Shown piece after piece: positions 10,042 to 17,901 of a DNA stretch of 32,000 bases. Position 1 is the first letter of the stretch. The number at the start of each line of letters is the position of its first letter. Source of the DNA: an uncultured Methanobrevibacter sp. (lineage in GTDB: Archaea > Methanobacteriota > Methanobacteria > Methanobacteriales > Methanobacteriaceae); the NCBI RefSeq assembly GCF_900314695.1, contig NZ_OMWD01000007.1:12641-44640 (forward strand), given 5' to 3'. A model generated the notes under the pieces. The model saw only the letters and a program-made list of their open reading frames with translations. It ran no database searches and was not told where the DNA came from. The position numbers were made by a program, and so were the translations under genes.

Positions 10042-10569
10042 ATGAATTATGTTGTTCTTGCAGTTCTTTTTATTCTATCTGGTTTTTTCATGAAATATTC
10101 CGATGACTTATATGATGAGAAACATGATTTGGTTTTTTCAACATTTTTCGGCATTTTATGTGCTATTGCATCTGTTGCAGCTACAGTATACAATACTGGG
10201 GCAGCATATATTTTTATTTCTATCCTAATAGGCAATCTCATAGCTTTAAAAGTAGATGGAATCCATCATATTATTACTTTGATTGTTTTTTTAGCAGTGC
10301 TGTTGGTTGTAGGAATTCCTGATTTGAGTTTAGTTATTTTGCTGATATGTATTTTAACCATTTTGGCTGATGAAGTATGTCATGAAATAATTCCAAAAAG
10401 GACTGAAAACAGGTTTTTAAATTTATTTTTTGAATACCGTTTTTTGATGAAGATTGTAGTATTATTGCTTGCTGTTTGTGGCGTATTTGATATTTGGGTC
10501 TTTGTTTGCTTTATTTTATTTGATTTGTCCTACGCTGGAGCAGGTATTGTTTTTGAAAAATTCAATTAA
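10042..10569 (+). CDS. integral membrane protein (5-6 TM), unknown function
   Basis: 175-aa hydrophobic ORF with acidic loop motifs SDDLYDE and ADEVCHE. No family recognised. Confidence 0.55.
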   Translation: MNYVVLAVLFILSGFFMKYSDDLYDEKHDLVFSTFFGILCAIASVAATVYNTGAAYIFISILIGNLIALKVDGIHHIITLIVFLAVLLVVGIPDLSLVILLICILTILADEVCHEIIPKRTENRFLNLFFEYRFLMKIVVLLLAVCGVFDIWVFVCFILFDLSYAGAGIVFEKFN

Positions 10570-10658
10570 AAAAGTCTGTAAAATTTGGTGTAGATGTTGT
10601 AAAGATGTTATGAAGCATAACTATTGTTTCACATCAATGATTTTTTTAAAAAAAGGTT

Positions 10659-10679
10659 AATGAGAGATAAACTCTCATT
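10659..10679. terminator. bidirectional hairpin between convergent genes
   Basis: AATGAGAG-ataaa-CTCTCATT (8-bp stem), followed by a T-run on the + strand and preceded by a T7/A7 tract. It overlaps the MFS stop codon. Confidence 0.4.
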
Positions 10680-12198
10680 TTTTAATTTTTTTATCCTTTA
10701 ACCTGAACGTCAGGACAAAAACAATAGCCATCAGGGCAGCCGTTACCAGCATTACGAATGCCATTGAATCTTGAATAACAGTATCTGCAATATTAATGAC
10801 AGTACTGTTCTCTGATTTAATTTCATCTACATTTCCTACTTTTTTGAAGTAATCAAAGATGTCTTGATGTACTTGTTCATTTCCTGAATATTCCGGTGCG
10901 TAGGTATCGACTCCATTAGCAATGCCTCCCATTACTCCGAGAATTAGAATTACTCCGATAATTGCCGTACCCATTGATTCACCTAATGTCTGACCGGTTG
11001 TAGTAATGCCTGATGCGTTATTTTGATTTTCATCCGGAATATTGATTAATGCAATATCAGTACTTAAAGCCATTATGAAACCAATTCCAGATCCCAATAT
11101 GAACATTCCAGGCATTAAATTCAGCATTGTTGTATTTATTTTAAATTGATAACTTAAAATCACACATCCGATGATTGCTATTATGCTTCCAATTGCCATA
11201 AGTGACTTGTGATTCAATTTTTCAGTTAAACTTGGAGCTATCGCTGCAAAAATAAGCAAACCTACAGTCAAAGGAAGTGTGGTCAAACCGGTATTGAATG
11301 CATTTAAATTTAATACAGTTTGCATAAACAGGGAAACTACAAATAATCCTCCTCCCATTACAATATAACTCAATAATATAATGATTGAGCCAACGCGTAA
11401 ATTTTTGTCTTTAAATAGGTCCATATCAAGTAATGGTACTTCACCTTTTCTTTTTCTTTTGATTTCAAACAATGCAAATACTGCTAAGGCAATTACGCCT
11501 AAAATAATTACAACTATGCTGGTGGTGGCATCCTCACTCAACATCAAAATACCAAGAACAAATAAAATAAGGCCTATAAATGAAATTATGGCGCCGGTAA
11601 TATCCAAATCTCTTTTGGATTCTGTAGGTTCGAAATCAGGTATTTTATTTCGCATTGCTAAAATAATGATAACGATTAGTAGTTCACTTGCAAACCCATA
11701 TCTCCAACTGAGAAATGTTGTCATTATTCCTCCGAAAAGTGGGCCGACAGCGGCTGAAAGTGCGGCCATTACACTCTCAATTGCCAAAGCAAATGTGCGT
11801 CTTTCTCCGGAATATGTTCCACTTATTATGGAAACGGTTGCAGGTGTCATTAATGCCCCTGCAAGACCTTCTATCACTGCCCATCCGATAAATAACATTG
11901 TATCACTTTGACTTATTGCTGCAATGAATGTACCGATACCATAAAGTACAGCACCGATTAAAAACAGTCTCTTTTTACCAACTATATCTTGAAGTTTGGT
12001 ACTTAACAGCATGAATGCTGCAGTTATGAGGGTATAAAATGCCATGGTCATTTGGATGGTACTCACATTAGTATTCAAATCAGCAACAACCTGGGAAATA
12101 CTAACGTTCATGAATGTAGAATCCAATGTTATAATAAATGAAGCACAGGCCACTAATATCAATGGAATCCAAGAGTGCTCCCTAATAGTTTCATTCAT
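10675..12198 (-). CDS. MFS transporter, 14-TMS DHA2 (EmrB/QacA-like) drug:H+ antiporter family
   Basis: 507 aa with about 14 hydrophobic segments. The early LDSTFMNVSISQV motif and the QDIVGKKRLFLIG loop are typical of the DHA2 subfamily. Confidence 0.85.
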   Translation of the reverse strand: MNETIREHSWIPLILVACASFIITLDSTFMNVSISQVVADLNTNVSTIQMTMAFYTLITAAFMLLSTKLQDIVGKKRLFLIGAVLYGIGTFIAAISQSDTMLFIGWAVIEGLAGALMTPATVSIISGTYSGERRTFALAIESVMAALSAAVGPLFGGIMTTFLSWRYGFASELLIVIIILAMRNKIPDFEPTESKRDLDITGAIISFIGLILFVLGILMLSEDATTSIVVIILGVIALAVFALFEIKRKRKGEVPLLDMDLFKDKNLRVGSIIILLSYIVMGGGLFVVSLFMQTVLNLNAFNTGLTTLPLTVGLLIFAAIAPSLTEKLNHKSLMAIGSIIAIIGCVILSYQFKINTTMLNLMPGMFILGSGIGFIMALSTDIALINIPDENQNNASGITTTGQTLGESMGTAIIGVILILGVMGGIANGVDTYAPEYSGNEQVHQDIFDYFKKVGNVDEIKSENSTVINIADTVIQDSMAFVMLVTAALMAIVFVLTFRLKDKKIKK

Positions 12199-12563
12199 TT
12201 ATTAATCCTCCAATATATTGTCTGTAATATAATTATATGTATAGAGATACCTTCAATCAATTTATATCTCATTGTGTGTTATTTTTCTTTTTGTTGTTTT
12301 ATATAATTTTCATAAAAAAAATTAGATGAAGATATCCTTAAAAAAGCAAGAATTTTCGAAAAAATCAATCAATTGCTAATTATATGCAAATACAAATCCT
12401 TAAGGTAATGGAGAAAGTTACCATAAACAATCCTTTAAATCATTAAATTGCTGAATTAAAAGTTTTGAAATGGCAATTGAAAGAGAATATAAAAACATTT
12501 ATCCAATTATTGAATTTTTACAGGTGATTATATTAAATCACGTATTTGATAAAAAAATAGATG

Positions 12564-12584
12564 ATTGTAGATTGAATCTACAAT
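12564..12584 (-). terminator. hairpin plus T7 immediately after the yqhA-like stop
   Basis: ATTGTAGAT-tga-ATCTACAAT (9-bp stem) sits directly 3' of the stop at 12586. It is followed on the minus strand by TTTTTTT (12551..12557). Confidence 0.45.
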
Positions 12585-12585
12585 A

Positions 12586-13158
12586 TTAAAACTTGTTTTT
12601 CATTTCAGCCAGATGGTCTTTGTTTTTCATTTCATGTCTTTTTTCGGCTAATATTTCCATTCCTGCAAATACCAAACCGGTTAAAACAAATGTCAAATGA
12701 AGCGCTATTCTCCAGAATTCAACATTTGGATCGACTGTTGTTGTTGCATTTAAAAAGTCCTGAAGCAATTCAATTAGGGATATTGCCACTACGGAACCGA
12801 TAATCTTAAGTTTAAGACCTGAAAAATCCAAACGTCCCATCCATGAAGGGCGGTCTCTGTGCTTTTCTGCAACATCTATCTTTGATATGAAATTTTCATA
12901 GCCTGAAAATGCTACAATGACCACTAAATTTGCGACCAGAGTCAAGTCCAGCAATTCTAAAACATGAACAATCCATTCGTCATCAGTCAATGTGTTCATT
13001 ATCTGGATAAAGTGGATTACGTCCCCTATGAATTTCCATAATATTAAAAACAGTACTAAAATTAATATTATATACATTGGGGATAAAATCCATCTGCTTG
13101 CAAACAGCAGTTTTTCAGCTTTGTCTTCTAGCCAGTGTCTGTTGTCTTTCAGTGAAAT
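12586..13158 (-). CDS. UPF0114 / YqhA family membrane protein; start codon uncertain (ATT at 13158 proposed; first ATG is at 13077)
   Basis: VAFSGYENFISKIDV, WMGRLDFSGLKLKIIGSVVAISLIELLQDF and ALHLTFVLTG align with E. coli YqhA. The conserved N-terminal ASRW(L/I)L(A/S)P(V/M)Y element is encoded upstream of the first ATG. Confidence 0.7.
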   Translation of the reverse strand: MSLKDNRHWLEDKAEKLLFASRWILSPMYIILILVLFLILWKFIGDVIHFIQIMNTLTDDEWIVHVLELLDLTLVANLVVIVAFSGYENFISKIDVAEKHRDRPSWMGRLDFSGLKLKIIGSVVAISLIELLQDFLNATTTVDPNVEFWRIALHLTFVLTGLVFAGMEILAEKRHEMKNKDHLAEMKNKF

Positions 13159-13170
13159 AGTTTCCTCCTC

Positions 13171-14853
13171 CTATAGGTATTTTATATTCAGGCTCTCATT
13201 ACCTGATTTTACATAATCTTTAAGTTCCTTTTCAATTTCCAGAATATTGTTGTTGTATATCAAGTTGTTTGAAAGATTTTCAAATTTTAGATTTTCAACT
13301 TTAACAACTGCATTTTCATTATATATGATAAATGAATCTTCATGCTCTCTTTTGATTATGAATTGTGATGATTTGATATGTGATTTGCCGTTTTCAAGGA
13401 ATATCAAATTGTTGTTAAAGCTGTCTCTTGTAAATCTGGATTTTTCAATTATCAATTCGCTGCTTTCATTATCATTTTGAAATATTATGTTGGAATACTT
13501 GTTTGAAATGTTATTAATGGATTTGCAATTTTTCATCCAAACAATTGAGGCATTGAATAGAACGCTTCCCTGTTTAAACGCTTTGTTTTCTTTAAACCTG
13601 CATTCATCAAGTGAAACATTTCCCTCATTATTGAGGACTCCTCCATTTTTAGCGACGTTTGATTTAAAACAACAATTGTTCAAATCTAAAATCTTTTTGT
13701 TGTCGATTGCACCGCCATTTCCAATGGCTGAATTGTATAAAAAATTGCAGTCAGTCAGTTTCAAATTTCCACAATTGCCTATTGCACCTCCATTATCGGA
13801 ATTTGCAATGTTCTTGTTGAAATTGCACTTTTTCGCCTCAAGGGTGCCTTCGTTTTTGAGGGCTCCTCCGTAAGATGAAATGTTGCAATCGAAATCGCAG
13901 TTGAATAAGCTCAGAGATTTTCCTTTGTTGATTATCGCTCCGCCTTCTTTGGATGTGCCATTCCTGAAGTTGATGTTTGATAAAGAAACATTGTCCGCAG
14001 TGATTTTGAAGATATTTGACATTCCCATGGCATCAATCCTGTGGCCGGCCCCATCAATCCTTAAATTGTCGATGTCAATAACAATCTCATTTTTTCCTTT
14101 AAATTCAATATCGCAATCAAGTTTGATTTCACTTTTTCCGCTTTGAATCAAATCATTCAGGTATTTTGGTGATTTTGCATCATTTGAATTGATGTGTATG
14201 AATCCACCGTGGGTTATCCCATTAATGAAATCCTTTTGAAAGCTTTTGATGTTAATGATTCCAACATTATAAACTTCAATGTCCTGTGCTTTGCGGCCCA
14301 TTTTAAAGTTGCAGGTTTCCAAAGTCAAATCCGATGCATTGAATATTGACGGTCCCTTTGACGAATTGTTGTTTGAAAAATTGGAAAACATCACGGTCAT
14401 GGTCTTTTTGTTGTATATTGCACCTCCAAAGCGAGCAGTATTGCTTCTAAAATCACAGCTATCAATAATTACAGAGCCGTTTTCATTGTAAATAGCTCCA
14501 CCATTGTCTCGGGCGGAATGGTTGTTGATGAAATTGCATTCAATAATTCTCAATTTCCCATTCCTGTTGTAGATGGCGCCTCCGGCCTGATCTGGATGTG
14601 CATTTTTAAAGGTAATGTTTTTTAGGGTAATGTTGTCTCCAGTGATATTGAAGATTTGTTCCCTGTTTGAGGTGATTGCATAGTTTTTCCCGTCAATTGT
14701 GATGTTGTCTGTGTTGATATTGACGGTTTTGGTTAAATCAATGTCCTTTTTTAAAGTGATTTCCTTTAAACCTTTATTGATTAAGGACTCAATGTCATTT
14801 TCATCAATTTCTGGGGAAGAAATAACCTTTGTAATTCTGTCTTTAAAACCCAT
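13171..14853 (-). CDS. parallel beta-helix protein with PMP-type GGAI repeats (Methanobrevibacter 'adhesin-like protein' type), no signal peptide
   Basis: At least 8 GGA(I/L)xN motifs (GGAIYNRNG, GGAIYNENG, GGAIYNKK, GGAIINKG, GGALKNEG, GGAIGNCG, GGAIDNKK, GGVLNNEG) are interleaved with C.F..N motifs. The N-terminus MGFKDRITKVISSPEIDEND is hydrophilic. Confidence 0.75.
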   Translation of the reverse strand: MGFKDRITKVISSPEIDENDIESLINKGLKEITLKKDIDLTKTVNINTDNITIDGKNYAITSNREQIFNITGDNITLKNITFKNAHPDQAGGAIYNRNGKLRIIECNFINNHSARDNGGAIYNENGSVIIDSCDFRSNTARFGGAIYNKKTMTVMFSNFSNNNSSKGPSIFNASDLTLETCNFKMGRKAQDIEVYNVGIINIKSFQKDFINGITHGGFIHINSNDAKSPKYLNDLIQSGKSEIKLDCDIEFKGKNEIVIDIDNLRIDGAGHRIDAMGMSNIFKITADNVSLSNINFRNGTSKEGGAIINKGKSLSLFNCDFDCNISSYGGALKNEGTLEAKKCNFNKNIANSDNGGAIGNCGNLKLTDCNFLYNSAIGNGGAIDNKKILDLNNCCFKSNVAKNGGVLNNEGNVSLDECRFKENKAFKQGSVLFNASIVWMKNCKSINNISNKYSNIIFQNDNESSELIIEKSRFTRDSFNNNLIFLENGKSHIKSSQFIIKREHEDSFIIYNENAVVKVENLKFENLSNNLIYNNNILEIEKELKDYVKSGNESLNIKYL

Positions 14854-15001
14854 GGCTACACCTTGTTTAATAATATATTATTTATTAAATATAAATGGTT
14901 TTTTAACGGTTCTTAATGAAAGCTTTTGCTTTATATGACTTATATTAAATATTCAATAAAAATAGTTCTATATTATAAAACATGTTTTAATTGGTGAAGT
15001 C

Positions 15002-15907
15002 ATGGCGCATGATGTTTTTATTAGTTATTCAACAAAAAATACAGAATATGCAGATGCGGTCTGTAAAAAACTAGAAGATAATGGTATTGAATGTTGGATT
15101 GCACCGAGGAATATTAAAACTGGTACCAATTATGCCAAAGAGATTATGGACGGTTTGAAATTATCCAAACTGGTTGTTTTGATTTTTTCTAAAGACGCGC
15201 AGGAATCTGAATATGTCAACAATGAAATCGATACTGCTTTTTCGAAAAACGGTCAACCTATTGTTGCATTGAAAGTTGATGATTCATTTCCTGAAAAACA
15301 AATGGAATTCTTTTTGAAAAATTCCCAATGGTTGGATGCATCTCCTACTGCACTTAAAAAAGAAAACAAAACACTTGACAGTTGTTATGACCAATTAGTT
15401 GGTGATGTTCAACGCATATTGGATGGAAAAACTCCAGTTTCAGATTCTGGCGGTGTTGGAAACATTGTTATACCTGGCAAGGAAAAAGGATTTTTTGATA
15501 AATATAAATGGCCTATTGTAATTGCGGTTATTCTTTTGATTGCTGTTGGAGGGTTTTTGGCTTATAGTAATATGAACGGTCAATCAGGCAACGGGTCAAA
15601 TGAAACTGGAATGTCTATAGGGTATATTGGTTTGGAAAAATATGGTGATGCCTACACTTATTTTGTATTTGGAGATATTGCTGAAGGATTCAGCAACTCA
15701 TCTAGTGATGTGATTCATATTGATTATTATGACAATTCTGGAAAAGTTGTCAAAAGCAGCAATACTAAAATTGGTGATGTTGACGGTAATATTTTAGGTT
15801 CTGTTGACGTAAACAAAAAGGATATAGTTAAAGTTTCAGCACAATTGCAGAATAAGGACAAAAAGGTATTGTATAGTGTAGAAAGTGATAATATTATAGA
15901 ACAGTAG
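15002..15907 (+). CDS. TIR domain - TM helix - small extracellular domain protein (paralogue 1)
   Basis: HDVFISYSTKN...GIECWIAPRNIKTG.NY..EI...LKLSKLVVLIFSKDAQESEYVNNEIDTA...PIVALKVDD is a TIR_2-type domain that includes the conserved Glu (NNEID). The TM helix is KW-PIVIAVILLIAVGGFLAY (aa 170-188) with Lys-rich residues on its N side. The C-terminal ~110 aa carry a VIHIDYYDNSGKVV (FxLYD-like) motif. A GGTGA SD precedes the ATG. Confidence 0.85.
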   Translation: MAHDVFISYSTKNTEYADAVCKKLEDNGIECWIAPRNIKTGTNYAKEIMDGLKLSKLVVLIFSKDAQESEYVNNEIDTAFSKNGQPIVALKVDDSFPEKQMEFFLKNSQWLDASPTALKKENKTLDSCYDQLVGDVQRILDGKTPVSDSGGVGNIVIPGKEKGFFDKYKWPIVIAVILLIAVGGFLAYSNMNGQSGNGSNETGMSIGYIGLEKYGDAYTYFVFGDIAEGFSNSSSDVIHIDYYDNSGKVVKSSNTKIGDVDGNILGSVDVNKKDIVKVSAQLQNKDKKVLYSVESDNIIEQ

Positions 15908-15918
15908 TGGGGTTTATT

Positions 15919-16794
15919 ATGGCTGATGAGGTATATATCTGTTATGATGAACGGGACTTGGAAATGGCAAAAAAGGTTTGTGACACTTTAGAGGACAATG
16001 GATTGGATTGCTGGTTGAAAAACCGTGACACCGGCGCAAAACACATGGTTGATGAAATCATGAATGCAATCAAAAAATCCAAAGTTATGGTTTTGTTATA
16101 TTCACAAAACTCCAAGGATTCCAATTTTGTTAACAATGAGGTGGATATTGCATTCGCAGAAAAAAGATCAATTTTGGTCTTTCAAATTGATGATTCAAAA
16201 TTGGACGGCAGTTTAGAATTCTTCTTGAGGAATAAACCTAGGATTCAAGCTTATCCAAATCCTGAAGATAGATTTGACCGTTTGGTTCAAAACACTTCAA
16301 AACTTGTAAAAGAACAGTCAGCAATCGACAGGAACATTGGTAATGTTATTAAAAATCATAAAGTTCCAGTAATTATTGGAATTGTAGTTATTTTGCTTGT
16401 TGTAGGTGTTTTAGGATATATGATGTATAATGGAGGAAGTGGCACAACGAATGCCACTCAAATAAAAGCAGGTGATATTAAGCTCAATATCACAGATTTC
16501 CATGTGGATGATGTCAGAAAGGAAAAAACTAACTGGAACTACTCTTATTATGTGGGTGGAAAAATTTCTCCAGCACCTGGTGATCAGGATGGGTGCGTGA
16601 TTGTCGTTGATTTCTATGATGAATCAGGTAAACTGGTTGAAACAACAGAAACTCCATTTAAAGATGCTCAAAAGGTTAGTTCTGGATTTTTACTAGGATC
16701 TGCAACATCTGATAAGAACAATATTAAACTTGCAGATGCCCAATTGGTTAATAAGGAGAATATTATTATTGCTCAGGATGAAGCGCAATTATGA
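15919..16794 (+). CDS. TIR domain - TM helix - small extracellular domain protein (paralogue 2)
   Basis: EVYICYDERD...GLDCWLKNRD...KKSKVMVLLYSQNSKDSNFVNNEVDIA...ILVFQIDD. The TM helix is VPVIIGIVVILLVVGVLGYMMY. The C-terminal domain has VIVVDFYDESGKLV. An alternative GTG start at 15907 would overlap the upstream stop (TAGTG). Confidence 0.85.
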   Translation: MADEVYICYDERDLEMAKKVCDTLEDNGLDCWLKNRDTGAKHMVDEIMNAIKKSKVMVLLYSQNSKDSNFVNNEVDIAFAEKRSILVFQIDDSKLDGSLEFFLRNKPRIQAYPNPEDRFDRLVQNTSKLVKEQSAIDRNIGNVIKNHKVPVIIGIVVILLVVGVLGYMMYNGGSGTTNATQIKAGDIKLNITDFHVDDVRKEKTNWNYSYYVGGKISPAPGDQDGCVIVVDFYDESGKLVETTETPFKDAQKVSSGFLLGSATSDKNNIKLADAQLVNKENIIIAQDEAQL

Positions 16795-16818
16795 TTTTTG
16801 TTAAGGGTGATGATTATT

Positions 16819-17598
16819 ATGGATAAAAAATATATTCTAATAATTCTTTTGATTGCAGTGATTGCCGTGGTTGGAGGTTATTTCCTATTGAATGGAAACA
16901 ATATTCAAACTGTATCCGGCGAACAAACTACAATTGTTTTAAGTAAATCAGCATATATGGAAGTTCCTAAAGATTCAAATGCTACATCCAATGCTGATAA
17001 AAAGGGAATTTTCTATTATAAGGATAAAGATGATAATATAAACATTACTAGTTGTTCCAATTTGTCCGCTTCATCAAGTGTTAAGGAAATGAAGAAACTT
17101 AAGAATTCAGTTTCAACCGGAGCCAAGAAAATGGTTGAAAACGATGTGGTTGTGTATGAAAAGGATGGTATATACTCAGTATTCGCTAAAAATACTCAGT
17201 ATAATGATACCTTATTGATACAATCATCTGATAAAAACGTTTTATTGGCATGTTGGAATAGTGTTAAATACCACGATCCAACCGATAAAATTAAGTTTAA
17301 CGGTACTGCAGGCGATAATGGATCTGGTTCTGTAGTTAATGCTATCGAGCAAACTCAAAGTGCTGTTCAGGCTAGTGAATCTTCTTCTAGTTCTTACAGT
17401 GAGTCATCATCTTCCAGTTCCTCATCCGATTCATCTTATGATTATTCAGGTTCTGGTAGTGGAGGTTACAGTGACTTTGGTTTTGACACTGGTTCATCCA
17501 GTTCAGGTTCCAGTTCTAGTGGATCCAGCGGCGGGGGTTACAGTGACTTTGGTTTCGGATACTTTGGTTACTATAGAGATTTAGGATTTATCCTTTAA
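16819..17598 (+). CDS. signal-anchored extracellular protein with a Ser/Gly-rich tail and GGYSDFGF repeats
   Basis: N-terminal TM helix (YILIILLIAVIAVVGGYFL), a ~150-aa soluble domain, then SESSSSSYSESSSSSSSSDSSYDYSGSGSGGYSDFGFDTGSSSSGSSSSGSSGGGYSDFGFGYFGYY. A GGTGA SD lies 8 nt before the ATG at 16819. Alternative starts are at 16798 and 16810. Confidence 0.65.
   Translation: MDKKYILIILLIAVIAVVGGYFLLNGNNIQTVSGEQTTIVLSKSAYMEVPKDSNATSNADKKGIFYYKDKDDNINITSCSNLSASSSVKEMKKLKNSVSTGAKKMVENDVVVYEKDGIYSVFAKNTQYNDTLLIQSSDKNVLLACWNSVKYHDPTDKIKFNGTAGDNGSGSVVNAIEQTQSAVQASESSSSSYSESSSSSSSSDSSYDYSGSGSGGYSDFGFDTGSSSSGSSSSGSSGGGYSDFGFGYFGYYRDLGFIL
17464..17555 (+). repeat. 20-nt direct repeat ggttacagtgactttggttt (17464..17483 and 17536..17555) within a low-complexity Ser/Gly coding tract
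   Basis: Read directly from the sequence. It encodes the duplicated GYSDFGF peptide. Confidence 0.8.
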
Positions 17599-17815
17599 TC
17601 TCTTTTTTTCTATTTTCATGTACATGGGTATTTTAACAATTTTTCTTTTTATGGTTCATCATGTTTTTTCAGTAAGTAATGGTCAATTAAACTGATGGTT
17701 TTGTGCTTTTTTTCATTTTAATTAATGACTTCTTTACAAATATTTGACTTTTCAAGTGGCACTGAATATCGTTTTTCTTAATTAAAGCATTTGCTTTACA
17801 TTAGAATTTAAAATA

Positions 17816-17825
17816 TTTATATATA
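17816..17825 (+). promoter_or_regulatory. TATA-box-like element (TTTATATATA) upstream of the HD-RyR gene pair
   Basis: It lies about 77 nt upstream of the ATG at 17902, inside a 303-bp non-coding spacer. TATA-like strings are common in this AT-rich DNA, so specificity is low. Confidence 0.25.
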
Positions 17826-17901
17826 CTAATTGATTCCATATTTAAACATATAAAAATTAAATCAATGGGTAACTAGAAAATTGATATGATTAGGTGTTAG
17901 C

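Noticed and set aside
10469-10660. 63-aa Cys-rich ORF (…CKIWCRCCKD…) overlapping the 3' end of the membrane-protein gene
   Set aside because: It overlaps 10042..10569 out of frame by about 100 nt, has no SD, and runs into the terminator hairpin. It is most likely fortuitous.
11381-11911. 176-aa ORF on the + strand inside the MFS transporter gene
   Set aside because: It is entirely antisense to a well-supported 507-aa transporter gene. It has no SD or recognisable domain, and its composition is typical of a shadow ORF.
12199-12585. Small ORFs (17 and about 39 aa) in the 387-bp spacer upstream of the MFS gene
   Set aside because: They have no SD sequences and no recognisable peptide features. 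The spacer more plausibly carries the MFS promoter and the yqhA terminator.
13171-13173. In-frame TAG between the beta-helix ORF and the YqhA-like ORF as a read-through or pyrrolysine site, which would fuse the two
   Set aside because: Pyrrolysine decoding is known from Methanosarcinales and Methanomassiliicoccales-type lineages, not from Methanobacteriales-like genomes. No pyl genes are in the window. A strong SD overlapping the TAG fits separate re-initiation better, and TAG is used as an ordinary stop elsewhere here (for example 15905, 20155, 22867).
13247-14491. Series of 70-128-aa + strand ORFs antisense to the beta-helix gene
   Set aside because: They tile the opposite strand of a repeat-rich gene whose own frame shows clear GGAIxN periodicity. 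They have low-complexity L/F/S-rich products and no start context.
17339-17584. 81-aa alternative-frame ORF over the Ser/Gly-rich tail
   Set aside because: It is the same strand in a different frame of a low-complexity repeat tract. The annotated frame continues from a proper signal-anchored protein, and the alternative has no independent start signals.
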